Below are positions 11,880 through 23,155 of a stretch of DNA of 64,000 nucleotides, one piece after another. The notes under the pieces are model-generated. The model was given only the letters and a program-made list of their open reading frames with translations. It was not told where the DNA came from and made no database searches. The stretch comes from Blastocladiella emersonii ATCC 22665 (lineage: Eukaryota > Fungi > Blastocladiomycota). The position numbers and the translations under genes were made by a program. The stretch covers positions 496,001 to 560,000 of the forward strand of contig JANHCV010000004.1 of assembly GCA_025594325.1 (NCBI GenBank). Direction: 5' to 3'. The number at the start of each line of letters is the position of its first letter. Position 1 is the first letter of the stretch.

Positions 11880-12216
11880 TCACGACGAGGAGGGCGGGGT
11901 GGACACAGACTCGGCCTCGGGCAGCGGGACGTCGGGCAGCGGCGTGAGCCCGAGCTGCAGCCGCACGCGCTGCACCTCGCGGTCCATCATGCGCCGCGAC
12001 TCGGACGGCTCGGGGAACAGCGTCGGCGACGCCAGCAGCGACGCGGCGCCGAGCGACAGCACGACGCCCCTACACGCACAAGGTGGGGGTGGTGGAGGTG
12101 GCGCAGCAGGAGGCAGTGAGTTTAAGGTTCCATCAGTGTGATCGCCACCGCAGAGAGACTCACCAGAAGACGGTCGGGCGCTTGAACGCGGTCGGGAGCT
12201 GAGGAAGCGACGACAT
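11880..12216 (-). CDS. Small (80 aa) single-TM hypothetical protein
   Basis: Exon 12216-12164, intron 12163-12070 (GTGAGT...TAG), exon 12069-11880. Gives MSSLPQLPTAFKRPTVFWGVVLSLGAASLLASPTLFPEPSESRRMMDREVQRVRLQLG... with GC3-biased codons. Confidence 0.7.
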
Positions 12217-12672
12217 GGCGGAGTATGTTGCAGCGGGTGGCGGGTCGCTGGCGAGCAGCAGAAGCGGTGATGCAGGCTGATTCACGATGAGTGGAGCGGG
12301 AAGCGACCCGGGTCGAACGGCCAAGCCGCTCGCATCACGTGCCGCACAGAAGCGTCGCCGCGCGTTCGGGAACGCGTCGCGTGGGCCTTCTCGCCGCACC
12401 TTGCTGCACGCACGACTGCACCTTGCACGGCGGCTTGCCCGCCCGCCCGCCCGCCCATCGAAAACGCAACGTGGTGGGCCGGCCAGAGTATAAAACCCGC
12501 GCGCGCCCCCGCCCCTCGTCCCGGCTCCCTCACACCTTTGCATCTCTACTTGCACTCCCCATGTAAGCTGCTCCCCACACCGGCCCTCGCGCGCATCGAT
12601 TCGCGGCTAACCCAGCCCTCCACGCGCGCTCGCTCGTAGTTTGCAACCCACCGCAACAATTACACCATCACC

Positions 12673-13632
12673 ATGGCCGGCCACACCGTGATCCCGCTCG
12701 AGCAGTACCACTCGGCGCGCGACTACCTGCGCTCGTGCCTGCCCGCCAACACCACCCCGACGGTCGGCGTCGTGTGCGGCTCGGGCCTCGGCAAGCTGTA
12801 CCAGCTGCTCTCCTCGCCCGTGACGGTCAACTACGAGGACATTCCGGGCTTCGTCAAGTCGACGGTCGCTGGCCACGAGGGCAAGCTGGTCTTTGGCCAC
12901 CTCGGAAACCAGTATGTCGTGTGCATGGTTGGCCGGTTCCACCCGTACGAGGGCTACTCGCCGCAGCAGGTGACGTTCCCGATCCGCGTCATGACCCTGC
13001 TCGGCATCCGCCTGCTCATCGTCACCAACGCCGCCGGCGGCCTCAACGAGTCGTACTCGGTCGGCGACCTCATGGTCTTCGAGGACTTTGTCGGGCTCTT
13101 CCACCCGGGCGCCACCAGCAACCCGCTCATCGGCTCCAACGAGCCGTCGTTCGGCCCGCGCTTCCCGCCGACCTCGGACGCGTTCCCCAAGCCCGTGCGC
13201 GCCCACGCGTTCCGCACCGCCCACAAGCTCGGCTTCCTGAACAAGGTGCACTCGGGCATCTACTGCTTCGTGTCGGGCCCGCAGTACGAGACGCGCGCCG
13301 AGTGCCGTCTCCTGCGCAGTGCTGGCGGCGACGCGGTCGGCATGTCGACGGTCCCCGAGATCGTGGTGGCCCGCCACGCTGGTGTCCCCGTGCTCGGCGT
13401 CTCGCTCATCACCAACAAGGTCGTCGCCCGCCGCGAGGAGAGCGTCAAGGCCGAGGTGGAGCGCGAGATCGCCAACGGCGGCGCCAAGCACGAGCCCGCG
13501 CCCGTCGTCAAGGAGGACAAGGCCAACCACGAGGAGGTGCTCAAGGCGTCCCAGGACTACGCCCAGGACGTGCTCAGCCTCATCAAGCACATCGTCGAGG
13601 ACCTGCACACGGTCGAGGGCTTCCACCAGTAA
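12673..13632 (+). CDS. PNP1: Purine nucleoside phosphorylase (PNP I)
   Basis: 319 aa with GVVCGSGLG, STVAGHEG, GRFHPYEG, VTNAAGG, GPQYETRAE, GGDAVGMSTVPE and SLITN. Confidence 0.97.
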   Translation: MAGHTVIPLEQYHSARDYLRSCLPANTTPTVGVVCGSGLGKLYQLLSSPVTVNYEDIPGFVKSTVAGHEGKLVFGHLGNQYVVCMVGRFHPYEGYSPQQVTFPIRVMTLLGIRLLIVTNAAGGLNESYSVGDLMVFEDFVGLFHPGATSNPLIGSNEPSFGPRFPPTSDAFPKPVRAHAFRTAHKLGFLNKVHSGIYCFVSGPQYETRAECRLLRSAGGDAVGMSTVPEIVVARHAGVPVLGVSLITNKVVARREESVKAEVEREIANGGAKHEPAPVVKEDKANHEEVLKASQDYAQDVLSLIKHIVEDLHTVEGFHQ

Positions 13633-13920
13633 GGAGGCCGGCGGGCCGACGGCGGCTCGATGTGAGCCTGGATGTGACGGCGTGACTTTTATATAACCCA
13701 CCTTATTTCGCAACACACCATGTTGTTCTCGTTGATCGCCGATGGAGGGGACCCGGCATCCGCTCGGCCGCGGACTTGCCGCCGCGAGCTAGGCCCTTGA
13801 TCGCGTCTCGCAGCAGCGGTCGGCCAGTCGCCCAACAGGTCGCCCAAGCCACCACGGGCTGCCTGAACGCCGCGCGCCGTGTTGACCCTCACCTGCTCCC
13901 CTAACCCGCACCACCCTGCC

Positions 13921-14856
13921 ATGTATACTTGTACTACACCCCTGCGACCACTCGCAACGCGTCGCGGCCCACTCGCCCTGCGCGCGGCCGTTTCCTCCTC
14001 CGCCGCGGCTGCCTCGGCGCCGCCAAGGCGAACCCTGTTCTCGTTCCCCGGCAGCAAGAGCATGCTGAGCCCAAAGCCCGTCGAGTACACGGAGCGCAAG
14101 ATGCTCAAGTTCACGCCGAAACAGCTGTTTGACCTCGTCTCCAACGTCAACGACTACACCCACTTTGTCCCGTACTGCGTCGCGTCCGAGGTCCACACCG
14201 TCGAGCGGCTCGCCGCGGTCCCCGCGCACCTCCCCGCGCTGCTCAAAACGGCGCCGCTCGCGGTCCGCAAGTCGGCGGGGGTCGTGGTCGCGTCCGGGCA
14301 GCAGGTGTCCGACCCGAGTGCGGGTGCGGGTGCAGCAGCGACGCCGCCCGCACCGCCGGCTGTCCACCAGATGCTCGCGTCGCTCGACGTCGGGTTCTCC
14401 GGGCTCCGCGAGTCGTACACCAGCCGCGTGACGTGTATCGACTCGGCGCTCGTCGTGGTACGCTCGCTCACCCGTACCTCGGAATTCCCCGCTCACATGT
14501 CCCTCGTATCGACCCAGGCCGAAGCATCCAACACCTCCCTCTTCACGACCCTGACGAACGTGTGGTCCTTCACGTCGGGCCCCGTCCCCGGCACCACCTT
14601 TGTCGACTTCTACATCCACTTCACGTTCCGGTCCGGGTTCCACGCGCAGCTCGCCGACATGTTCTTCACGCAGATCAACCGCCAGACCATGGCCGCCTTC
14701 GAGACCCGCGCCCGCGCCCTCTACGGCCCGCTCCACCCGCGCGCCGCGAAACACGTCACGCCGCGCATCCTCGCGTCGCCCAAGCACCCGCTCTCGCCTG
14801 GGTTCAAGGCGAAGGCCAAGACGGCCGCGGCCATGGGGCGGCCCGCGGATAAGTGA
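13921..14856 (+). CDS. COQ10: Coenzyme Q-binding START-domain protein
   Basis: YTERKMLKFTPKQLFDLVSNVNDYTHFVPYC, LDVGFSGLRESYTSRV and AFETRARALYG. Probable in-frame 60-nt intron at 14458-14517. Confidence 0.9.
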   Translation: MYTCTTPLRPLATRRGPLALRAAVSSSAAAASAPPRRTLFSFPGSKSMLSPKPVEYTERKMLKFTPKQLFDLVSNVNDYTHFVPYCVASEVHTVERLAAVPAHLPALLKTAPLAVRKSAGVVVASGQQVSDPSAGAGAAATPPAPPAVHQMLASLDVGFSGLRESYTSRVTCIDSALVVVRSLTRTSEFPAHMSLVSTQAEASNTSLFTTLTNVWSFTSGPVPGTTFVDFYIHFTFRSGFHAQLADMFFTQINRQTMAAFETRARALYGPLHPRAAKHVTPRILASPKHPLSPGFKAKAKTAAAMGRPADK

Positions 14857-15345
14857 GCGTGTGTGTGGGTGGACGTGTAGCTGACAGACTTAATCTACCT
14901 CAATAGCAAACTAGAACTTGTACTACATGTGACTCTGAGCCCGCGGGACTCGCGAGTCGTCGTTGCTTCGCCACGAGGGTCGACGACACACCGACGCGCC
15001 CCCCTCGCCGTGCGCGATGACAGCACCCATGAAGCGCGACGGGAAGGATCGTAGGTTGGGCCTCCCGGTTTGAGCCGGCGATGGGTCGTGGAGTCGAATC
15101 GCTGAAATCGGCGGCGCCACAAGGAGCAAAGCCACAGACAGGCCGGTGGCGCGTCGCGCCGAGGCACCGAAGGTCCGAAAGTCGCGACACAGACTTGAGA
15201 GCTTGGCCACAGTAGCAATGGCGGTCGGTTCTCGACTCGTGCTGTGACGGAAATGCGGGCAGCTCAAAGGAGGGCGGGGATCGTTGACGAAATGTATTGA
15301 ATTGATACAGAACCCAACGGGCCGCCATAGCTAGGCCTTGCGCGA

Positions 15346-17017
15346 TCAAGTACCGAGCCACGTCCACTTTGATACTGGACGCGTATAGTCCATGTCCCCG
15401 GGAACGCTAACTGAGAAGTGCGACTTGCCGCTGAAAATCTTGTAGTTGCTGTGCCAGGCGGCCGGGACGATGGCTAGCTCGGCCAGCGTCAAACCGCAGT
15501 CGTTGAGCGAGAGCTGCTCCCATTCCCGCTCAACAAGCGCGCGCATCAGGTCCCGCATCGAGTTGCGCTTCGTGCACTGGACATGCTTTAGAACCAGCGT
15601 CTTTAGGCCGGGCGGAAGGTGCCGCGCCAGCGTACGCACGCTGCGGTCGGCCATCCCGCAAGTGCCGAGGTGCAGCGTCACGAGCGTGGCCGGGAGAAGC
15701 GGGATCAGCGCGGCGGCGCGTTTGTCGCCGAGCGGAGTGCGGAAGATGTAGAGCTTCGTAAGTCGCGGCGGAAAGTACGGCGCGATCGCGGCAAGGTCGA
15801 CGTCGTTGGTGAAGGCCGCACTGAGATTCAGCGTCTTGAGCGACGCAGGAAGCGCGGGGATCAGCTGGCACGCCTCGACGTGGTTGAGGCGGTTGCCGAG
15901 GAACAGCGTGAATGAAGTCAGCGTCGGAGTATAGCGGAGCGCTTCAGCGAGGTTCACGATCGCGTGGAAGCTGAACTTGCAGTCGGAAAAAGACAGTGTG
16001 CGGAGCGCCGTGGTCGGAAAACTGGTGAAGAAGTCGGTCGAGCGATTGAGCAGCGAAAAGTCGTAGCAATCAAACTCGATGACTTCAGCAGAGGCTGGGA
16101 AGAGACCGCAGAGAGCGAGCTCGGTGTCGGGATCCACTCAAGAGCGCTCGAATGTAATCTTCTTGACTGTGGAAGGAGCGCGATGCGCAGTCACAACCGA
16201 GTCGTGTTCGGGCTCCTGGTCAAACTCGGGCCGGAGACACACAAATGTGAGCGCCTGAAGCGCGGCAGAGAATCTTAGCGTGTAGGCTCGCGACAGGTTC
16301 ATGTCGCACGAGTCGAAGGCGAGCCAAGGCGCGTCAAACTTACTATTCGCGACTGCGGTATTGAGGTGCTGGATTCCAACAGTGGTGAGTTGGCCGAGCA
16401 CTCGAACAGGTTTCTCCAATTTTCCTGGCTGCTGTTGTGGGAGCGGTTTCGCCAGGAGTTGGAGCACACACGCGTCCCCAGGTTCGTGCGGGGAAACCTA
16501 CTGGGCGAGCACCAGTCAGACATCCGTCAACCGAATTCAGGATCTTGGATGTGCGATAACCGCTTCGTACCAAGGGGTTGTAAACATGCCACTTTCTGGG
16601 TAGCCGGCGACCAAGCACACCAATGGTCCCCGACTCTAGGTGCAGTGCAAACCAGTTAAGCTTGACAGGCAACCCCGAGTCGCGCCACCAGTCCATGACC
16701 TTAAAGTATCGACTCTCGTGGAGGCGCGAGTCGTACCAGGTCGGGTACGAGTGCACGAGGGGCAAGCGAGACCACATCCAGGCGTCAAGCAGCGCGACAT
16801 TGCCAGCCGCACAGGCCTCGTCCATGGTGAGCTTAGGCGAGTGCTTCAAGATGGCGCGCGTGACCCTGGGGGCATCATCGCGCCGAAGAACGCGAGCGTA
16901 CTGGGCGAGACCGCGCACGTCGAATGGGTCGTGGATCGCAACCGCTGCGCGCAGGATGCGCTCGACGACTTCGATGGGGATAAACAGCTTCAATTCGTCC
17001 ATTGCAGGGAGTTTCAT
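15346..17017 (-). pseudogene. F-box-like/LRR paralog 2 with a premature TGA
   Basis: Exon 17017-16571, intron 16570-16498 (GTACGA...CTGAC...CAGTAG), then exon 2. In-frame TGA at 16140-16138 where both paralogs have Trp. 263 further open LRR codons follow. Confidence 0.65.
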
Positions 17018-17657
17018 TGAGTTTGCATGGAGTCAGAGCTTGGGTGGGTTGCGTGAGAGGGGGATGCAAGACAGCGACGCGAAGGGATGCCCGAGGCTTG
17101 ACTCGGCCCATGTGCCCGCACGCTGTGGCGCAACGCGCTCCTCTCGTTATTCTGCCAGCTGTATCCAGGCTCCCGACGGGAAGCCTAGGATATTCACGTA
17201 GCATGGACACACACTGTCCAAACGCTCACTTCGCCTCATGATGTTCCAACGTTGCGACCCAAGGCCGCCAACCAGTTCTTAATCCAGCGATGGGTGGCCA
17301 GCCGTTCGGCGGGAGCGACCGTGTGCGCAGTTGACTTCCCATCCCAGTGTCTGGACCGTTTATCACCCTTATTCAAACACAGAATCGAAAGCAGAGTCGT
17401 AAAAATGTTCTGTCGCGTCGGGCGAGTCGAGGGGTCTCCTTTCAAGTCCCTCAGAGCTCTTATCGACCCGCTGACAATCCGCTTGATTTCTTGCAGGAAG
17501 AAAAACTCAAATTACACTAAAACTCCGGCAATTTCGCCCAATCATACTCAAACTGGTTGGGGAGCACTCCAAGACGCGGCGATACCAAGTCGAGATACTC
17601 GTTCACCGCGGTCCTTCCCTGTCGCTTCTTGACGTATCGGTGAAGTAGTTCGCCGAG

Positions 17658-19578
17658 TTAACCAGACTCGGACCAACTTACGTTACCACGCACGTCGAGC
17701 GAAAGCTCAGACTCCGAAGGTGGGTGCTCCAGGAAGAGCTCAACGTCATTGATGGTCAGTTGACACTGGAAAAGCTTGAGGTGGCGCAATGATGTAAGAT
17801 CCCCAAGCGCGCGAATCAGGTCGCGCATAGGGCCGGGAGAGTTGCGCTTAATGTCGAGGAGAAACAACGTGGTGAGGCGCGGTGGAAGGTGTTCTAACAA
17901 CGCACGAACGCTCATGTCCGCCATGTCGCACTCTTCCAAGTTCAACAACTCAAGGCTGGCGGGCAAGCGGCGCAGGATCCGCGCAAGATGTTTGTCTTCA
18001 AACCGGGTTTGGGAAAGGTTGAGTTTCTCGAGGCCTAGAGGTAAAGGATGGCGAGCTAACGCAACGGCGCTCTTGGCCCCTAACCCGCAGCCACGAAGGT
18101 TAAGCGCTTTGAGTGTTGCAGGCATCCGAGGAGCGACAGAGCCAAAGACCCGATCGTCCAACGGATTGTATGAGAGATTAAGCTCCCTAAGGAACGATAG
18201 TAACGCGAGGCAGGCGAACGCACGGACGCTTTCGGCGCCAAGCCCACAGTCCGAAAGGTTGAGTGAGGTTAGGTTGGCGGGAAGGTGGGGTAAAAGCAGG
18301 CTAAACGCTCGATCGCTGTTGAAATTCCTGCTGAAATCTAGGTTTGCGAGGTGAGGTGGGAGCAGCGGTGCCAGAAGTAGCCAGTTTAGGTTTGGATCAA
18401 GCGCGCGTTCAAATTTCAGAGTGTGCAGCGAATCAGGCAGTGCGGGAATCAAGTGAGACAGCTCGGTCTGAGTCAGAAGTTTGCCGTACGACCACGAAAA
18501 TGACGCGAGTGACGAAGCCTGTCGAATCGCTTGGGCCAGCGACGCAATCGCATGAATATCGAACTTGCATTCTGAGAATGATAGCGAAGTGAGCGATTCG
18601 GTCGGAATGCTAGGAAAGAAGGAATTTGAGCGCTTTAGAAGAGAGAAGTCGTAGAACGAGAATTTAAGATCTTCAAGTGTGACCGGGAAAAAGTCAATCG
18701 GGGCAAGTTCAAGGTCTGGGCCAACCCAGGAGCGAATCAAGGTGAGTTTCTTGACGGCAGGCATTGCATGTTGATTCGAGTGGCGAGTAAGTTGCTCGGG
18801 GTGCTGGTCGACCTCGGGTCGCAAGCATACATAGGTAAGCTCTTCGAGTGCGGCGGGAAGCTTGATGGAACAGGCTCGGGAGACGTTTAGTCCGCAACAA
18901 TCAAGTGTTAATGAAGTAACGGAGTTGTTGCTGTGATCGAACGCTCGGCTAAGTGCCTCGATTCCAAGTGCAGTGAGGCGGCCTTGAATTATGAGGTCCG
19001 TTGGGAGCGGTTGAGCCAACCCTTTGGTCATATTCAGCACACGCTCGTCCCCGGGCTCGAGTGCGTCCGTCTATACTCGTCAAATGAGTTAGATGAACCG
19101 TTGAACTGAGCCACAAAAGCGTGCGCCGTACCACTGGCACTCTGCGCCAGTACGCGTCGACTCCGCGACGGCCAAGAACGCCGATCGCCCCAGACCACTG
19201 GTACAGCTCCGAAGGGAGCTTGAGAGGAAGCCCCGAGTCGCGCCACCAGTCCATGACCTTGTAGTAAAGGCTGTCAGGCATATAAGAGTCGTATCGGACC
19301 TGGTTCGAGTACACGAGGGGCAAGCGCGACCAGACCCAGGCGTCAAGCAGGGCGACATTGCCAGTCGCGCTGGCCTCGTCCATGGCAAGCTTGGGTGACA
19401 GTTTTAAGATACTGCGCATGATTTCCGGCCCGGCGTCGCGACGCAGAACGCGAGCGTATTGGGCGAGGCCGCGCACGTCGTTCGGATCGTGAAGTGCTAC
19501 GGCCTCGCACAAAATCCGCTCGATGATCACGTTGGGAATAAACAGCTTCGCTTTATCCATTGCAGGTAGTTTTTTCAT
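17658..19578 (-). CDS. F-box-like/LRR paralog 3 (two exons)
   Basis: Intron 19131-19071 (GTACGG...CTAAC...TAG) joins ORFs 18949-19602 and 17658-19040 in frame (VPV|TDALEPGDERVL). LRR C-terminus. Alternative start at 19560. Confidence 0.82.
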
Positions 19579-19923
19579 GTGAGATTCATCAGTCTTGATC
19601 AAAGTAGGATCAGTCGTGGGAGGGAGCGGCGAAAGCTGCGAAGCGAGAAAGGCGGCTTGCTCCGGCGAACATCAGGTGCCTGCACGAGGTGGCGCAGCGC
19701 GGTTCTCGCGCACCGCCAGCACCCCTGGCACCGCCAAGCTCCGGCCTTGAGGCTGATCCGCATGTATATAAGAGATATATAGCGACAACTTGATATTCAT
19801 GCCGAATCAGGTCCTGGACCAAGGTACGGGACCTCCGCTACTCTTCGCCGTGCACGACGCTAATACCCAGTGAGATCCCCTGCTCAGGCGAGAGGAATGC
19901 AGAAGAGAAAAATGCGTGATGTA

Positions 19924-21489
19924 TCACGGCTCCACAACACCCAAAGCTGCCACCGCTCGACCAGCGATTCTGCGGCCGCGCGTCTCACCGCCCGCGAGAT
20001 CGCCTTGGGAGCCTCGAAGTGAGCCACTCAAGCCGCCGGGTGGTGGAACAGGTGGTCGCGTAGGCCGCTTCGGTCCATCTGCGGCACGCGGAGCCGTCGG
20101 CGGCGAAGGCATGGAAGCTGGCGCCGAGCCGATCGGGACGAGGACGACGTGTCGGCGGCGACCGGGAAGCGGCGTGCGGTGGGACGATCCAGGTGCAGAA
20201 AAAGGCGGTGGTGGTGGCGGTTGTTGTTGTTGCGAAGGGCGAGGTTTGGTGGAGGCAGGAAGGTCGAGCGAGCGCGACTCGCGAAGAGCGGGCGGCCGCG
20301 GCCTTGATGGTGGCTGCGTCGCTGGTGTGGCGGGTGGTGCTTCGGTGGCAGGCCGTTCGAGAGGAGGACCAGGGTCAGCGAACCACGGCACCTCTTGCAG
20401 TTTTGGCGTCGGTGGTGGCGAGGGCCGAGTTGGGGCCGGTTCGGAACCAGCGTTGTCGCACGGCATCGACTCTTCGAGCAGCCGCTCGAGCGCGGCGATA
20501 TCGTCGTCGTAGACCTCGGCGATGGCCACCGCGGATGCCGGTCGAGAGGGCGGTCGCGGCGCGCTAAACGTTGCTGGCGCGCGGTCCAGCGGACCGATCT
20601 GCGTGGTGGCGGCCTGCAGCGTGAGCGCCTCGGGACGGCCAGACGACAATCGGCGTGCGACTTCGAGAGCGACGTCAAGGCTCCGCCGCTGGTCAAACTC
20701 GTCGGACGCGGGGCAGTCGAGGAGCCACTGTTGCACCGCGGCGAGCGCGATCAGACGGGTTCGCTCGGCGAGAAACATGGCGCGGAGGGTCGGTTCGACA
20801 GTCGCGTCGATCGGCGGCGACGGGAAGCGGAACGAGCAAGAAACAGAAGTTGTGGGGGATGCTGGCGTCGCAAGGGCAGATCGAACTACAGCTTAGAGCG
20901 GTGAGCAAAAGCTGTGCCTGGCAACAAGGGCACAGCAGACGTACGTGCGCGGGCGACTTGAGCCGGTGGTAGATCGTCGAGCAGCACCTCGAGGTCCATT
21001 GGAGCTGGCGGTTGTGACTACGAAGCGTGTTAGTTCGGCTACCTCGCTATACGAACAGAGCAATCCGACATACCAGAAGTCCGGATCTCATGGCTCTACG
21101 AGCGAGCGCAAACTGCTGGTCCTGAAACGTCGACATGCTGCTCAATCGTCGAGAAGGGGTCCTGCTCTGCGGATGCCATGGGCTCTGTCGCCCAGACATA
21201 GAAGAAACGGGTGTGATGGACTCGTCGTCGGCCGAGTCGACAAGCAGCGACGCGACGGCCTGGGTCTCCTCGTAGAGGCCCTAAAACACGGGTTCAGACA
21301 CTCGGATCGTCTAGAGAGAGAGTTCTTACTCACCTCAACTTGTCGGACCAGCGTCGCGCCTACGACGGCGACGATCTCGTCCGCCAGGGCGGCGGCAGTC
21401 TGACCGAGGTGCGACCAGCACTCGCTAAAGCATTCATGGGAGTTGCATGGCGTTGCAGGGACTTCATTGGCTTTGCGTTTCGAGCTCAT
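19924..21489 (-). CDS. Hypothetical Pro/Ser-rich protein, 4 exons
   Basis: Canonical introns at 21333-21281, 21073-21018 and 20944-20892 give one open frame from MSSKRKANE into ORF 19924-20778. No family recognised. Confidence 0.6.
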
Positions 21490-21677
21490 GGCGGTACGGC
21501 GAGAAGGCGAAGAAGGCGGGGCCAAGCGCCAGCTGACGCGTCTCATTTAGTGCACGTGAGTGGCGCATCGCGTCCTTTTACTTATTCTGGCTCTAATCTC
21601 CCTTGGTTCAACGAGCACGAGCAGGATCGAGTGGGGGAAAATAGTACATGTATCGGTGAGGTGGTCGCGCTCAACAT

Positions 21678-22910
21678 CTAGCGCGTCGCAGTCGCGCCGC
21701 TGGGACCAGGCGCAGGCACGTCAAGGTTCCGCGCACCGGATGGGGATGGGTAGAGGATAATGGACCGTCCGATGGACTTCAAAGACGCCGTAGACGGCGA
21801 GCGGGACAGCGCGACAAACTTGTCGCGCTCGACGATCGCGACGGGCGTCGCGGGCTCCGATGCGGGCTCGAGAGGCACCGCCGGTGCCGCGGCGGCCACG
21901 GCAGCGTGGATAGCCGATCCCGGGTACACGACGACGACGGAGCGGTAAACGGTAAGACTCGGGTCCTCGGTGTTACTGGGGCTGACGTGCGGGAGCATGG
22001 TGAAGGCGACGCGCGCGTCGGCGAGGTTACGGGTCGCTGCGGCGGGGTCGGAGAGCCAGCGCGCGGGCGGCTGGGCGATGCCCGCGTCGAACCGCGCGTG
22101 CGGCTTGGGCCACTCGAAGACGTAGAGCGGGTGGACGATGCGGACGACGGCGAACGCGGTGACGACCGCGACCGTCGCATCGGTCATACGGCCCGCGTCA
22201 GCTTCGCGCGCGCGCGGATCGACACCGCACGCGTCGCGCACCGCGGCCATGGCGGCGTCGGCGGCCTGGCGGATCAGCAGCGCGAGCTGGTCGGGGAGCG
22301 GACGGTACCCGACGCCGCTGGCCTGGCTCCCCGTCAGGTCCGACCACAGGCGGCGCGCGTCGGTGCGGACCTGCCCTGCGCCGCGGCGGAACCAGCTGGC
22401 AAAGTGGTCAATGATGACGCGGGCGGCGAGCGAGACGAGGTACGCGCGCGCGTCGCCGTTGGACAGGGCGAACGGCGCGATCGGCGGGGCGGCGGGGAAC
22501 GCGGCGCAGTACGACGCCATGAGTTGCGCGCGCAGGTGGTGCATGGCGCGCGGGAGCGAGGCGGGGAACAAGTCGGTGAGCGCGCCGACGGCGGCTTCAA
22601 GGCGCGCGAGGCCGAGTGCCATGGACGAGTGGATCGTGCTGCGGTTGAACTCGATGGACTCGATGATCTTCGGGGCGCCGCCGTCGTCGGCTTCGTCGGG
22701 GCCGGTCGGGCGGCAGCCCGTTGCGGGGACGACGACGGTGACGGGCGTGTCCCAGTCGTCCATTGCCGGGAGCGCGAGCGGGTTCGACGCCGGCCCGGGA
22801 CCCGGCGCGAACAGGGGGTCGGGCGAGTGCCACGGCGCGGGCTGCGGCATCAGCAGCGGGTCCTGGGCGAGGTCCGTCTGGGACCGCTTGGCGCGGAGGT
22901 TCGATAGCAT
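21678..22910 (-). CDS. Hypothetical protein (410 aa)
   Basis: ATG-initiated ORF with GC3-biased coding pattern. No family recognised. Confidence 0.65.
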   Translation of the reverse strand: MLSNLRAKRSQTDLAQDPLLMPQPAPWHSPDPLFAPGPGPASNPLALPAMDDWDTPVTVVVPATGCRPTGPDEADDGGAPKIIESIEFNRSTIHSSMALGLARLEAAVGALTDLFPASLPRAMHHLRAQLMASYCAAFPAAPPIAPFALSNGDARAYLVSLAARVIIDHFASWFRRGAGQVRTDARRLWSDLTGSQASGVGYRPLPDQLALLIRQAADAAMAAVRDACGVDPRAREADAGRMTDATVAVVTAFAVVRIVHPLYVFEWPKPHARFDAGIAQPPARWLSDPAAATRNLADARVAFTMLPHVSPSNTEDPSLTVYRSVVVVYPGSAIHAAVAAAAPAVPLEPASEPATPVAIVERDKFVALSRSPSTASLKSIGRSIILYPSPSGARNLDVPAPGPSGATATR

Positions 22911-23155
22911 GGTAATGGCGGGCTGCCGTTGCGAGGAGAGGAGAGCGCGGATCGGCGGCGAGCGTCGGCGAAGAAGTGCGGTGCATCCGGGGGCCGCGGC
23001 CAGGCGGGGAAGGAGCGGCGCGCCTCACGTGTGCGTGGTCGCGTCGCGTTTCGCTTCTTCGTCTTCTCTTTCGGTTTCGCGGGCCTCGCTCGCCACCCCC
23101 ACATCACCATCACCATCTCCGCTCCGCCACTCCACGCATCGCGCCCCTCGAACTC

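Noticed and set aside
4731-14856. Ubiquinone gene cluster (ABC1/UbiB kinase plus COQ10)
   Set aside because: The genes are separated by unrelated genes, and the kinase is not demonstrably COQ8.
18949-19131. Frameshift or pseudogene call for LRR paralog 3
   Set aside because: A canonical 61-nt intron with a CTAAC branch point restores the frame.
19688-19745. tRNA-like GGTGGCGCAGCGCGGTT stretch
   Set aside because: No T-loop (TTCRA) or acceptor-stem pairing follows.
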